Below, one piece after another: positions 1-10,639 of a DNA stretch of 64,000 bases (the first letter of the stretch is position 1; each line of letters starts with the position of its first letter). Source of the stretch: Akkermansia muciniphila (GTDB taxonomy: Bacteria; Verrucomicrobiota; Verrucomicrobiia; Limisphaerales; F1-80-MAGS106). Under the pieces are notes generated by a model that did no database searches, was not told the DNA's origin, and saw only the letters and a program-made list of their open reading frames with translations. Both the position numbers and the translations under genes were made by a program. The DNA lies in NCBI GenBank assembly GCA_945865375.1, contig CAMBEJ010000001.1, positions 8,064 to 72,063 of the forward strand, read 5' to 3'.

Positions 1-1
1 C

Positions 2-2125
2 AACACCATCCGCGATCTGATGGGGTTTGATTTCAAAGTGGAAGACGAACTGCCGCCAGACGACACCGGTTACGGTTTCGATAACATCGGCGACGTGCTC
101 ACAATGTCGCCGATGTTGTTGGAAAAATACATGCAGGCCGCTGAAACCATTGTCGCGGGGGCTGTGCCGAGGGTCGCGAAGGTTATCCCCGAAAAAAACA
201 TTCCAGGAACCGCCTTCGGAAAACGTGAGGCCGGACGCAGCGGCGACCGGTTCACTTTTTACGAGGAGGCGACCCTGTCCCGCCCATTCAACGCGGAGCA
301 CGCGGGAAACTATCGCGTGGCGCTCGACCTCGAAGTAGCAGGCCAGTTCGACTTCGATCCAGGCCGTTGTCTCGTGGTCTTTAAAGTGGATGACCACGAG
401 CTCTGGCGGCAGGAATTTGGCTGGCAAAACAACAAAAAGTTCAGACATGAATTCGAGGTGCCATGGCAGCTTGGTGAGCACAAACTCACGCTCGAATTAC
501 ACCCGCTCACGCCCGTCGAGAAAAAGAAAAATACCCTGGACTTGCGCCTCACCAACGTGCGGATCCAAGGGCCGCTTGACGAACATCTCCATGTGCGCCC
601 AAAAAACTTCGACCTGTTCTTCTCCAAGGACGTGCCGAAGAAGGCTGCTGAACGGCGCGATGACGCACGAGAGGTGCTAAGCCGTTTTGCCAGCAAGGCC
701 TTCCGTCGTCCGGTCGATAAGCGTTCCTTGGACAAGCTCGTGGCGATCGCCGAAGCCGCCTGGAAGGAGCCCGGAAAACGCTTCGAGGACGGCGTGGCCC
801 AAGCCATGGTGCCCGTCCTGGCGTCGCCTCGGTTTTTATTCCGCGTGGAGGAGGCCGAATCAGCCGCCTCCGCCAAAACCCATCCTGACGTCGACGACTA
901 CGCATTAGCCTCCCGACTCTCTTATTTTCTATGGTCCACGATGCCGGACGACGAACTGTTGCGCCTGGCAGCGCGCAAAGAGGTCCGCAAGACTCTCCCC
1001 GCCCAAGTCAAGCGCATGCTGGCCGATCGCCGCTCCGAGGCGTTGATCGAGAACTTCATCGGCCAGTGGCTGCAAGTCCGCGACATCGAAGGGATCGATA
1101 TCAATGCGCGTGCCGTGCTCACGCGGGACGCCGGTGAAGAACGGGATGCGAGCCGGAACCGTCAGCGTTTTCAGCAACTGCGCGACATCAAGGATGAGAA
1201 ACTCACGCCGGAAGAGCGCGCCGAGCTGCAGCGGCTTCGCGATCAATTCCGCGGCCGGGTCGGCAACCGACCTGTCACCGAACTTGATCGCGATCTGCGC
1301 CGCGCGCTTCGGCAGGAAACCGAAATGTCCTTCGCCCACGTCGTGCGCGGCGACCGCAGTGTGCTCGAACTGATCGACAGCGATTACACCTTTCTGAACG
1401 AAAAACTCGCCAAGCATTATGGCATCACCAACGTGTTGGGCAGTGAAATGCGCCATGTCACACTGCCGAAGGACAATCCGCGCGGCGGTGTGTTGACGCA
1501 CGGTTCGGTGCTGATCGTCACCTCGAACCCGACACGCACCTCGCCCGTCAAGCGCGGCTTGTTCGTGCTCGACAACTTTCTTGGAACGCCCCCTCCCCCT
1601 CCCCCGCCGGATATCCCGAATCTTGAAGAATCCGAGAAAGAGTTCAAAGGCAGGCAACCCACGCTCCGCGAGGCGCTCGAACTTCACCGCGCCAAGCCTT
1701 TGTGCAGCTCTTGCCATAATCGCATGGACCCGCTGGGGCTCGCGCTCGAAAACTTTAACGCGCTTGGCATGTGGCGCGAGAAGGAACGCGGCCAGACGAT
1801 CGATGCGGCGGGAAAGTTGATAACCGGCGAGACTTTCCATGACATCCGCGACGTGAAGCGCGTTCTAGCCACCACACATCGTCGAGACTTTTACCGATGC
1901 CTGTCTGAAAAGCTGCTCACCTACGCGCTGGGCCGGGGTCTGGAATATTACGACGTACAGACGACGGACCGTCTGGTTGAGAGCCTTGATCGTGAGAATG
2001 GCCGGTTCTCCGCGCTGCTGACGGGCATCATCGAATCCGCGCCGTTCCAGAAACGTCGCAACTCAGTCGTGACAGATCAAACCGCGCAGGCCAGTGTTTC
2101 GCCAAAAAAAACCGAATCGAAATGA
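2..2125 (+). CDS. DUF1587/DUF1592/DUF1588/DUF1585-architecture protein (PVC-type), 5' end outside window
   Basis: The reading frame is open to the window edge. Motifs seen: NTIRDLMGFD, LASRLSYFLWSTMPDDELL, FIGQWLQVRDI, TSPVKRG, CSSCHNRMDPLGLALENF. The TGA stop overlaps the next ATG (ATGA). Confidence 0.85.
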   Translation, partial: NTIRDLMGFDFKVEDELPPDDTGYGFDNIGDVLTMSPMLLEKYMQAAETIVAGAVPRVAKVIPEKNIPGTAFGKREAGRSGDRFTFYEEATLSRPFNAEHAGNYRVALDLEVAGQFDFDPGRCLVVFKVDDHELWRQEFGWQNNKKFRHEFEVPWQLGEHKLTLELHPLTPVEKKKNTLDLRLTNVRIQGPLDEHLHVRPKNFDLFFSKDVPKKAAERRDDAREVLSRFASKAFRRPVDKRSLDKLVAIAEAAWKEPGKRFEDGVAQAMVPVLASPRFLFRVEEAESAASAKTHPDVDDYALASRLSYFLWSTMPDDELLRLAARKEVRKTLPAQVKRMLADRRSEALIENFIGQWLQVRDIEGIDINARAVLTRDAGEERDASRNRQRFQQLRDIKDEKLTPEERAELQRLRDQFRGRVGNRPVTELDRDLRRALRQETEMSFAHVVRGDRSVLELIDSDYTFLNEKLAKHYGITNVLGSEMRHVTLPKDNPRGGVLTHGSVLIVTSNPTRTSPVKRGLFVLDNFLGTPPPPPPPDIPNLEESEKEFKGRQPTLREALELHRAKPLCSSCHNRMDPLGLALENFNALGMWREKERGQTIDAAGKLITGETFHDIRDVKRVLATTHRRDFYRCLSEKLLTYALGRGLEYYDVQTTDRLVESLDRENGRFSALLTGIIESAPFQKRRNSVVTDQTAQASVSPKKTESK

Positions 2126-3546
2126 CATCCATGAGCACCCCACAACCGCCCGATAAAAACCGCGCCGCCGAGCGATTCACGAGTTTGAACCGACGTCGCT
2201 TCTTACGCGGGCTGGGTGCCTGCATGGCGCTCCCGGCCTTTGAATCGCTTCGACCGCTTCATTTGCTCGCGGGAGAGTCCAAGGCAGCCGAAAGGTTGGC
2301 TACCACCGCCACAGGCGCGCCGCTACGCACGGCTTACGTTTACTTCCCGAACGGTGCGATCCAGCCGAACTGGTGGCCCAAGGGCGAGGGCACGGATTTC
2401 GAACTGGCCCCCACCATGCAGCCGTTGGCGAAGCTGCGGCACCAACTGCAAATCCTAGGCGGCATGGACCACGTCAACGCCACGCCAGGCCCCGATGGTG
2501 CTGGCGACCACGCACGGGCCAGCGGCACGTTCTTGACGGGTGTCCGTGTCAAAAAGACCGCTGGTTCGGACATTCAAGCGGGCATCTCGATCGACCAAGT
2601 CGCCGCCAACCAGATCGGCCACCTGACCCGGTTTCCTTCTCTTGAACTCACGTGCGACGCCGTGCGCAAGTCTGGCAACTGCGATTCCGGCTACTCGTGC
2701 GCCTACCAATATAATCTGGCATGGCGTTCGGCAACCACGCCTGTCGCTCCGGAACCGAATCCGCGACTCCTCTTTGAGCGACTTTTCGGTGCGGGCGCTC
2801 CGGGCGCGCGCGCGGCCAACCTCAAACGCCGCCAAGCGCAGCAACGGTCCATCATGGACTTCGTTCTCGAAGACGCCCGCGCGCTGCAAGGGAGGCTCGC
2901 CTATCGTGACAAGCAGAAGCTAGACGAGTATCTCTTCAGCGTGCGCCAGATCGAGAAGCGCATCCAGAAGACCGAGCGTTTCGCCCACGTCCCCGATCCC
3001 TCGGTCACGACCCCCTCCGGCATCCCGTCGAGCTACGAGGACTACATCCAGGTCATGTTCGATATGATGATTCTCGCGTTCCAGACTGACTCCACACGAA
3101 TCGCCACGTTTCTCATGGCCAACGAAGGCAGCAACCGCGCGTTCTCAGAGATAGGCATCTCCGAGGGCCACCACTTCCTCACCCACCATCAGAACAAAGC
3201 GGACATGATCACTAAAGTCGGGGAGATCGACCTGTTCTACATGAAGCAATTCGCCCGCTTCCTCGAAAACATGGAGAAGACGCCTGATGTGGATGGCAAA
3301 TCCCTGCTCCAGAATTCGATGATAATTTATGGCAGCGGCAACTCCGACGGGAACCGCCACACTCATGTGAACCTGCCTGTGATTCTCGCGGGCGGCGGAG
3401 GTGGCACTTTGAATCCAGGACGCTTTGTCAGATCCGGCGGTGTTCCCATGAGCAACTTGCTCTTGAGCATGACGGATCGACTGGGAGTCAAAGGTGTGGA
3501 ACGTCACGGTGATTCCACGGGGCGATTCGAAGCGATCGGGGGATAG
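2122..3546 (+). CDS. DUF1552 domain protein with Tat-type signal
   Basis: RRRFLRGLGACMALPAF at the N-terminus. Conserved stretches: YVYFPNG, SLELTCD, AYQYNLAW, PRLLFERLFG, DKQKLDEYL, NLPVILAGG. Translationally coupled to the upstream DUF1592-type partner, the usual pair in PVC genomes. Confidence 0.85.
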   Translation: MTSMSTPQPPDKNRAAERFTSLNRRRFLRGLGACMALPAFESLRPLHLLAGESKAAERLATTATGAPLRTAYVYFPNGAIQPNWWPKGEGTDFELAPTMQPLAKLRHQLQILGGMDHVNATPGPDGAGDHARASGTFLTGVRVKKTAGSDIQAGISIDQVAANQIGHLTRFPSLELTCDAVRKSGNCDSGYSCAYQYNLAWRSATTPVAPEPNPRLLFERLFGAGAPGARAANLKRRQAQQRSIMDFVLEDARALQGRLAYRDKQKLDEYLFSVRQIEKRIQKTERFAHVPDPSVTTPSGIPSSYEDYIQVMFDMMILAFQTDSTRIATFLMANEGSNRAFSEIGISEGHHFLTHHQNKADMITKVGEIDLFYMKQFARFLENMEKTPDVDGKSLLQNSMIIYGSGNSDGNRHTHVNLPVILAGGGGGTLNPGRFVRSGGVPMSNLLLSMTDRLGVKGVERHGDSTGRFEAIGG

Positions 3547-3650
3547 GCTGGCGTGCGATTTCTTGGGGACGCTCAAATTAAAAGAGTGGAGGACGGTGCG
3601 CCGGGCGTGAGCATGGTAGGCCGCGCGCCGGAGCTAACCGTTGCTGGAGG

Positions 3651-5135
3651 TCAGGCAAGAACCGCCTTCACCAGTTCGCCGTGTATATCCGTGAGGCGAA
3701 AGTCCCGTCCCTGATAGCGGTAAGTCAGCTTGGTATGATCCACGCCGAGAAGATGGAGCACCGTGGCGTTGAGATCATGCACATGCACCGGGTTCTCCAC
3801 GATATTGTAGCAGTAATCGTCCGTGGCGCCGTAGGTCGTTCCACCCCTCACACCCGCGCCCGCCAGAAGCATTGTAAAACACCGTGGATGATGATCGCGC
3901 CCGTAATCGTCCGCAGTCAGCGTGCCCTGCGAGTAAATCGTGCGCCCAAACTCCCCTCCCCACACAATCAAGGTATCGTCCAGGAGTCCGCGCGCTTTCA
4001 AATCACGGATCAGCGCCGCCGTCGGTTGGTCGGTGTCGGCGCACTGGCCTCGGAGGGCCTTGGGCAGGCCGAAATGATGATCCCAACCCATATGGAAAAG
4101 TTGGATGAAGCGGACGTTCCTTTCGGCAAGCCGACGGGCCAGAAGGCAGTTCGCGGCATAGGTCCCTGGCTTCCTCACGTCGGGGCCGTAGCTCTCCAGG
4201 ACATGCTTCGACTCCTTGGATACGTCTGTGAGTTCAGGCACGCTCGACTGCATCCGAAACGCCATCTCGTAGGCAGCGATGCGCGTCTCGATCTCCGGGT
4301 CCCCGATCAGCGCGTGACGCCGTCGATTCAAGGCCCCCAGTTCATCCAGCGTTTCCCGTCGAATGCCTCGGTCCATGCCAGGCGGGTTGGACAAGTAGAG
4401 AACCGGATCGCCTTGGTTCCGAAACTTGACCCCCTGGTGTTTGGAAGGAAGGAAACCGGCGGCCCACAATCGGTCGTAAAGAGGCTGATCATCCCTGCGG
4501 CCCGTGCCGAACGAGGTCAACACGACATAGGCCGGAAGATCCTTGTTTTGGCTGCCCAATCCATAGCCCAACCAAGAACCGATGCTCGGGCGTCCCGCCA
4601 ACTGAGATCCCGTCTGCATGAAAGTGATGGCGGGATCGTGGTTGATGGCTTCAGTGTTCATCGACCGGATGACGCACCAATCGTCGGCGATGCCCGCCAT
4701 GTGAGGCATCAGTTCGCTAAACCACGCGCCGCTCTGCCCATGCTGGCCGAACTTGAACAAGCTGGGCGCCACCGGGAACGTTTTCTGGCCTGACGTCATC
4801 GTCGTCAGCCGTTGTCCCTTGCGTATCGACTCGGGAAGGTCTTGGCCCCGCCTCTCTCCAAGTTCGGGTTTAGGGTCGAACAAATCCATTTGGGAAGGAG
4901 CGCCGGACTGGAACAGGTAGATGATGCGCTTGGCCTTGGGCGTGAAATTGGGGAAGCCAGGAAACCCCGTGGCCGGGGAGCCCTTTGCGGGCGCAGCATT
5001 GAGGCCCTCGTTCATCAACATCCCCAGCGCAGCAAGGCCGATCCCCGAGCCAGACCGGCGGAGAAAAGTTCTTCGAGTGACAGCAAGCCTCTGCTCAGGC
5101 GTAAGCGATAAAAACGGACCGTCGTTGCAGTTCAT
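3651..5135 (-). CDS. DUF1501 domain protein (sulfatase-like fold, Tat signal)
   Basis: TRRTFLRRSGSGIGLAALG signal, plus WGGEFGRT and GRDHHP motifs. Starts 22 nt downstream of its usual PSCyt/PSD partner gene. Confidence 0.88.
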   Translation of the reverse strand: MNCNDGPFLSLTPEQRLAVTRRTFLRRSGSGIGLAALGMLMNEGLNAAPAKGSPATGFPGFPNFTPKAKRIIYLFQSGAPSQMDLFDPKPELGERRGQDLPESIRKGQRLTTMTSGQKTFPVAPSLFKFGQHGQSGAWFSELMPHMAGIADDWCVIRSMNTEAINHDPAITFMQTGSQLAGRPSIGSWLGYGLGSQNKDLPAYVVLTSFGTGRRDDQPLYDRLWAAGFLPSKHQGVKFRNQGDPVLYLSNPPGMDRGIRRETLDELGALNRRRHALIGDPEIETRIAAYEMAFRMQSSVPELTDVSKESKHVLESYGPDVRKPGTYAANCLLARRLAERNVRFIQLFHMGWDHHFGLPKALRGQCADTDQPTAALIRDLKARGLLDDTLIVWGGEFGRTIYSQGTLTADDYGRDHHPRCFTMLLAGAGVRGGTTYGATDDYCYNIVENPVHVHDLNATVLHLLGVDHTKLTYRYQGRDFRLTDIHGELVKAVLA

Positions 5136-5157
5136 AATTCTTCCTCCATCGGTGCCC

Positions 5158-8100
5158 TCATTCGCGCGTCGTCGTTTCGTCCAGGTTCAGAAGCACATTG
5201 GCCGTGACGCCGTAAGCGGCAAGCTCGGCGGGGTCCAACGAAAGATCACGCTTCGAGTCGCCCATCTCCAAAAACTTGGTGGCCTCAGCCGGCTCCGAAC
5301 GAAATCGGGACAGCCTGGAATGGAGGCCCTTCAGAAGAACTTTAAGCTCGCTGGAATCAGGGCTCCGAGCCGTGACGAGCCGGAACCCGTAGGCGACTCT
5401 TTCTTGCGAGGTCTTGCCGCCCTCGTGCATCATCCTTTGCGCAAGGGCCCTGGCCGCTTCAACAAAGGTCACCTCGTTCATCAACGCCAAAGCTTGCAGG
5501 GGTGTGTCCGTTCGCGACCGTTTGACGGTGCAAATCTCGCGAGTTGGAGCATCGAACATCGTCATCGTGGGAGGGGCTGCGGTGCGCTTCCAGACCGTGT
5601 AGAGAGTCCTCCGGTAAAGACCGTCGCCGCTGTCCCGTTTGTATCCTCTCAGGTCACCATAAACGCTGGTTTCATCCCAAACGCCTTCGGGCATGTAAGG
5701 TCGGACACTGGGCCCGCCCAACTTCTCAGCCAACATGCCACTCACCGCCAGTGCCTGATCTCGGATGAGCTCCCCAGGGAGACGAAATCGTGGGCCTCGC
5801 GCAAGCAGGCGATTCTCCGGATCTCGAGACTGCAGATCGGGGGTGACGATCGAGGATTGACGGTAGGTCGCACTCATCACAATCAGTTTCTGCATCGCTT
5901 TCATATCCCATCCGAGGCGCACAAACTCCGTCGCAAGCCAATCAATGAGATCGGGATGGCTCGGGGGATCGGACTGCGACCCAAAGTTCTCGACAGTCTT
6001 CACTAGGCCGGTCCCAAAGAATCTCTCCCATTGCCGATTCACCCAGACGCGCGCGGTTAACGGGTTTGAAGGAGCCATGATCCATTTTGCAAGCCCAAGT
6101 CGGTTGGTCGGAGCACCCGCCGGGATCGGAGGAAAGACCGATGGCAACCCCGCAAACACCCTTTCGCCGCGCTTGTCGTATTCGCCCCGCTCGAGAACGT
6201 AAGCCTCTCGCGGCTTGTCCAGCTCACGCATGACCATGGTCGTGGGGATGGACGATTCGAAAGCATCGGCGGCTTTCTTCGCCTCACTATGCAGCGGGTC
6301 CGCCTCCTTCAGCGGGCCGTCAAAGGTGTTGCGAAAAAACTTCGCGAGCTCATCCCGTTGCTTGACGTCCCGCTGGTCGGCCGCAATCTCCAGGGTTCGT
6401 TTCAAAGAGTCGGACACGCCCGCGCCGTCCAGCTTCACAAGCGCCGGCGGCAATCCTGTCCGCGACAGGCGAAAGCAGCCGATGTTGTGCCTGGAGAGGG
6501 CCTCGTGTTTGAGACGCACGGTCAACGTCGCCCCGGCAGCCACCGCAAGAGGCGGATCGATCAAGAACATCGCTTTGCGCGACACTCGGTTTGCTTCCAT
6601 GTTGCCCGCGATCGCCCAGCCCGTTCCCTTCTTGGGATCCAGAAGCGCCTCGACGGGGTATCCTTCCTGAGAGAAGTCCGCATGAACCCTGGCAAACCGG
6701 ATCTTGACCACCTTGTCCTCACCCGGAACCTGAACCTCCGCTTCCACCTTGCTCAGAACGAAATTCCCGTTGTCGTTTCTTCCAAGGCTCTGGGTAGGCA
6801 GACTCGGGTCGGGAAACACCTCCAGAAGCAAACCGCTCAAGGACCCGGGAGAAAGCGGAGTTCGGATGAAGTAACTGTCCTTCTCGGGGTTCGTCCCCCC
6901 CGCGAGGTAAGCGCCGTCGTCTCTCTTTGTGAAACTGGCACCCCCTTTGGATTTCACCTCATCAGGCAAGAGAAGCTCCCAAGCCTTCAAAGCGGACACT
7001 TCCTTCATCCTTGTAATAAAACCTGGCTCCCACTCCGCCAAACGCGCTGGAAGCTGTTCCTCGAGATCCGCAACCCGCTTCGCAGCCCCTTCGGCCACAC
7101 TTTGAAGCAACACAAGCCTGGCTTCCTGCTCCAGGTTAGGGACCAACACGGTTGGTTCCGGATTGCTTCCACCTCGATTCGCCTTGATTCCCTCCAAAGT
7201 GCCGCTCTCGTCCACGTTGTTGAAGAAGGCGAATAACTCGTAGAATTCCTTCTGCTTGATCGGATCGTATTTGTGGTCGTGGCACCGGCAACAGTTCAAT
7301 GTGAGAGCCAGCCAGGTCAAACCCGTGGTTTCGACGCGATCGACAATGTTCTCCACTCGCCATTCTTCGCTGATGATTCCCCCTTCACCGTTGATCCGGT
7401 GGTTTCGATGGAACCCGGTTGCGATCACCTGGTCTCGGGTCGGGCTGTGGAGAAGGTCGCCAGCGAGTTGCTCGATCGTAAATTGGTCAAACGGCAGATT
7501 GTCGTTGAACGCCCGGATGACCCAATCGCGCCAGGGCCACATGCTTCGGGAACTATCGGTCTGAAACCCGTGGCTGTCCGCGTAACGGGCGTAATCCAAC
7601 CACTGCATCGCCATCCGTTCTCCATAACGCGGCGACGCAAGGAGCTTGTCGACGAGTGCTTCATAAGCGCCAGGGGAGACATCCGCCAGGAAGGCCTCCA
7701 CTTCCATGAGAGTCGGAGGAAGACCCGTGAGATCGAGCGAAACTCGCCGGATTAGAGTTGCCTTGTCCGCCTCGGTGGAGGGCTTCAGCCGTTCTTTCTC
7801 AAGGCGGACAGCCACGAAGTTATCGATCGGGTTACGCACCGTCCACCGTCGGTTCGATGGGGGAATCGTCTCGGGGCGCGTTGTCGGCTCGAAAGCCCAG
7901 TGCCCCTGATAGACGGCACCTTCGTTGATCCAGCGCCGAAACAACTCCTTTTGTTGGGAAGTCAGCTCCTTATGAACCTCCGCCGGTGGCATCTGATCCT
8001 CCACGTCGTGAGTAAAAATGCGGCGAACTACCTCGCTCTTCTCGGCGTTCCCGGGAACAATAGGCACGGCACCCGATTTCGCCGGCCTCAAAGCCTCCTC

Positions 8101-8298
8101 GCGCACATCCAGCCGAAGCCCTCCCTTTCTGGCCTTGGCATCGAACCCGTGGCACCGAAAGCACGTGTCCGACATGATGGGCCGAATGTCGCGGTTGAAC
8201 TGGATGGTCTTCGACTCGGCACCGCAGACGCGACTGAGGCCTAAAGTCCACATGGCGCAGGAGAGCGCGACGGTCACAAGATGATATTTGAAACGCAT
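5158..8298 (-). CDS. PSCyt1/DUF1549/DUF1553 (planctomycete cytochrome-c-like plus PSD1) protein
   Basis: CFRCHG heme-like motif, NPIDNFV, CCRCHDHKYDPI, RQWERFFGTGLV. Start placed at MRFKYHL (signal peptide) rather than the ORF-track start at 8367, which would overlap the upstream gene. Confidence 0.88.
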   Translation of the reverse strand: MRFKYHLVTVALSCAMWTLGLSRVCGAESKTIQFNRDIRPIMSDTCFRCHGFDAKARKGGLRLDVREEALRPAKSGAVPIVPGNAEKSEVVRRIFTHDVEDQMPPAEVHKELTSQQKELFRRWINEGAVYQGHWAFEPTTRPETIPPSNRRWTVRNPIDNFVAVRLEKERLKPSTEADKATLIRRVSLDLTGLPPTLMEVEAFLADVSPGAYEALVDKLLASPRYGERMAMQWLDYARYADSHGFQTDSSRSMWPWRDWVIRAFNDNLPFDQFTIEQLAGDLLHSPTRDQVIATGFHRNHRINGEGGIISEEWRVENIVDRVETTGLTWLALTLNCCRCHDHKYDPIKQKEFYELFAFFNNVDESGTLEGIKANRGGSNPEPTVLVPNLEQEARLVLLQSVAEGAAKRVADLEEQLPARLAEWEPGFITRMKEVSALKAWELLLPDEVKSKGGASFTKRDDGAYLAGGTNPEKDSYFIRTPLSPGSLSGLLLEVFPDPSLPTQSLGRNDNGNFVLSKVEAEVQVPGEDKVVKIRFARVHADFSQEGYPVEALLDPKKGTGWAIAGNMEANRVSRKAMFLIDPPLAVAAGATLTVRLKHEALSRHNIGCFRLSRTGLPPALVKLDGAGVSDSLKRTLEIAADQRDVKQRDELAKFFRNTFDGPLKEADPLHSEAKKAADAFESSIPTTMVMRELDKPREAYVLERGEYDKRGERVFAGLPSVFPPIPAGAPTNRLGLAKWIMAPSNPLTARVWVNRQWERFFGTGLVKTVENFGSQSDPPSHPDLIDWLATEFVRLGWDMKAMQKLIVMSATYRQSSIVTPDLQSRDPENRLLARGPRFRLPGELIRDQALAVSGMLAEKLGGPSVRPYMPEGVWDETSVYGDLRGYKRDSGDGLYRRTLYTVWKRTAAPPTMTMFDAPTREICTVKRSRTDTPLQALALMNEVTFVEAARALAQRMMHEGGKTSQERVAYGFRLVTARSPDSSELKVLLKGLHSRLSRFRSEPAEATKFLEMGDSKRDLSLDPAELAAYGVTANVLLNLDETTTRE

Positions 8299-8324
8299 GG
8301 TGCGGTGATCAGACTTCTTTTGAA

Positions 8325-9875
8325 CTACCAATCCGTGGGTTTGTAATCCTTCAAGAATTGACCCCACACATGCTCCCCAGTATTGAACCCCGCAATGATC
8401 GGATCCAGGATGCGTGCGGCCCCGTCGACAATGTCAAGGGGCGGGTGAAATCGGTGCTCACGAGTTTTGCGGGCCGCGATCTGGGCGGGATCTTCGTCTG
8501 TCACCCAGCCAGTATCCACGCTATTCATGTGAATACCGTCAGCGTGATAATCAGCGGCTGAGGTTCGGGTCATCATGTTCAAGGCGGCCTTGGCCATGTT
8601 CGTGTGGGGATGCCGCGTGGTTTTAAATTTTCTGTAAAACTGTCCCTCCACGGCGGAGACGTTCACAATATGCTTGTCGTGCAATGGGGTCCGCAGCATC
8701 AACGGCTTGAGGCGCGCGTTGAACAGGAATGGAGCGATCGCGTTCACGAGCTGAACTTCCAACAACTCCACAGACGGGACCTCGGCAAGCATCAGCCGCC
8801 ACGAATTTCGATCGCGAAGATCCACCTGCTGCAGGTCCTGATCGAGGCAGCCTTCCGGAAACAAATCGCGGGGGGCGCCGCCTTCCTCGGCCATGAATCG
8901 AAGCTGTGGGAGCTGAGGGAACTGCGTCAGACCGGGCATGTCAGCCGTGGCATGCCGCGTCATCACCTGATTTTGGGACGGAAGCATGTGGTAGCCTCGG
9001 AGTCCTTCGTAGGCGCCTAGCAAGCGGCGTGCTCCGTCGGGAAGCTCCTCTAGGCGCCCCGTTTCGCCCTTCATCATGTGCTCGTAAAAATCCGGCGGCC
9101 GACGCACGGTTTGGCAGGCGTTGTTGATGATGAAATCGAGCTGCGACCGGGTCTTCATCAGATGCCCGCAGAACGCTTCCACACTCGGCGTGTGCCTGAG
9201 ATCAAGCCCAAATATTTCCAGGCGGTGGCCCCACTCTCCAAAGTCAGCCTCCTTGGCATATCGCATGGCGGAATCTCGCGGAAACCGGGTGGTCACAATA
9301 AGCTGCGCCCCCGCCCTGAGCAGCTTGATCCCGGCCTGGTAACCAATCTTGACCCGCCCCCCAGTGAGAAGCGCCACGCGTCCTCGGAAATCCGCTAGCT
9401 CGCTTCGCTTTTGAAAATTCAGATCACCGCAAGCCGGGCAAAGCTGGTCATAAAATGGATGGATCTGAACGTAATCGCGTTTGCAGACATAGCAGTTCTG
9501 CGGTTCGATCACCTCCCGGAATTCCGGATCGTCCCCCGCCTCTTGCTGCGTGAATGCGAGCGGGGGATGCACGTTTGGTGTCGTGAAGATGGCCTCTTTG
9601 CGCCCCTTGCGGATGCCTGTCTGAGAGAGAACGCTTTCATCCTGCTGCAACCGTTCCGCTTTTCGCTGTCGTTGCTTGGCCTTAAGCAGTCTCCGGCGGT
9701 CGCTTGGGTCCGGGCAATAAACCTGCCCTGCCGCCCTCAAAAGCCGGGTTCGTTCCTCAACCGGCACCTCGGCGAGCAGCGCCCGGTTCTGATGAACTTG
9801 TTCCAGCAGATCCGCCGCGGCCTTCAAACGCTCCACCAGAGTCGCGTCAGGGGGTTTGTGGTTCCCTAGAATCAT
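8325..9875 (-). CDS. SDR-family oxidoreductase with about 190-aa N-terminal extension containing a CxxC...CxxC zinc-ribbon
   Basis: Rossmann motif [20 protein letters not shown], catalytic region NVSAVEG...Y....K, and CYVCKRD...CPACGD upstream. Start at MILGNH, whose ATG overlaps the lolD stop (ATGA at 9872-9875). Confidence 0.75.
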   Translation of the reverse strand: MILGNHKPPDATLVERLKAAADLLEQVHQNRALLAEVPVEERTRLLRAAGQVYCPDPSDRRRLLKAKQRQRKAERLQQDESVLSQTGIRKGRKEAIFTTPNVHPPLAFTQQEAGDDPEFREVIEPQNCYVCKRDYVQIHPFYDQLCPACGDLNFQKRSELADFRGRVALLTGGRVKIGYQAGIKLLRAGAQLIVTTRFPRDSAMRYAKEADFGEWGHRLEIFGLDLRHTPSVEAFCGHLMKTRSQLDFIINNACQTVRRPPDFYEHMMKGETGRLEELPDGARRLLGAYEGLRGYHMLPSQNQVMTRHATADMPGLTQFPQLPQLRFMAEEGGAPRDLFPEGCLDQDLQQVDLRDRNSWRLMLAEVPSVELLEVQLVNAIAPFLFNARLKPLMLRTPLHDKHIVNVSAVEGQFYRKFKTTRHPHTNMAKAALNMMTRTSAADYHADGIHMNSVDTGWVTDEDPAQIAARKTREHRFHPPLDIVDGAARILDPIIAGFNTGEHVWGQFLKDYKPTDW

Positions 9876-10639
9876 ACGGTTCCTTGGGTTAGAGCCTGCA
9901 CTTGCCCATCGACAAGCTCGATGACCCGGGGCGCACGCGATGCCACCCGCGAGTCGTGTGTGGCCACGATGAGCGTCACCCCTTTTTCGGCGCGCAACGT
10001 GCAAAGCAAATCGACAATCTCATCGCCCGTGCGCGAATCGAGATTGCCGGTGGGTTCGTCGGCCAGGATTAATTCGGGTTCGTTGATCAAGGCACGGGCG
10101 ATCGCCACGCGTTGTTGTTCACCTCCTGATAGCTCCCGTGGACGATGCTCGAAACGGTCCCCAAGACCCACTCGTTCCAAGAGCCTTCTGGCCCGCGCCA
10201 GACTGTCTTCCACGCCGTGGCGCGCCAGCCTGGCTGGCACGCAGACATTCTCCAAGGCATCCAACTCAGGGAAAAGATGGTAGGATTGGAACACCACACC
10301 AATTTTTAAATTCCTGAACCGCGCCGCCTGCGAAGGCGGGGCGGAGGCCAAGTCCACCGAACAAACCTTGACGGCACCCGCATCCGGAGTGTCGAGGCCA
10401 GCCAGCAAATGCAGCAGCGTGCTCTTCCCCGCACCTGAGGATCCGCGCAAAGCGACGAACTCCCCACGACTGACAACCAGGTCCACACCCCTCAAAACCT
10501 CCACGCAACGGCTTCCTAATCGATAGCTCTTGCGCACACCTCGTGTTTCAACAATCAAACAACCAGGATCCAGCCCCATCCCTGCCCCGTCTCGCCCCCT
10601 TGGGTCCACCAGAAGGGCGCGTCCGACGTCGTTATTCAT
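9872..10639 (-). CDS. lolD: LolD-like ABC transporter ATP-binding protein
   Basis: Walker [10 protein letters not shown], signature [15 protein letters not shown], Walker [13 protein letters not shown]. Immediately follows a LolC/E-type permease. The start could alternatively be M21 at 10579. Confidence 0.75.
   Translation of the reverse strand: MNNDVGRALLVDPRGRDGAGMGLDPGCLIVETRGVRKSYRLGSRCVEVLRGVDLVVSRGEFVALRGSSGAGKSTLLHLLAGLDTPDAGAVKVCSVDLASAPPSQAARFRNLKIGVVFQSYHLFPELDALENVCVPARLARHGVEDSLARARRLLERVGLGDRFEHRPRELSGGEQQRVAIARALINEPELILADEPTGNLDSRTGDEIVDLLCTLRAEKGVTLIVATHDSRVASRAPRVIELVDGQVQALTQGTV

Noticed and set aside
8325-10004. N-terminal extensions given by the ORF track. Examples: SDR to 10004, PSD protein to 8367, ClpB from 36088, Gnd from 43803, AraC to 23587, the cNMP protein to 24414 and the SSS gene to 58836.
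   Set aside because: The extensions overlap upstream genes or repeats and have non-protein-like composition. Internal starts coincide with family N-termini, signal peptides or ATGA coupling.
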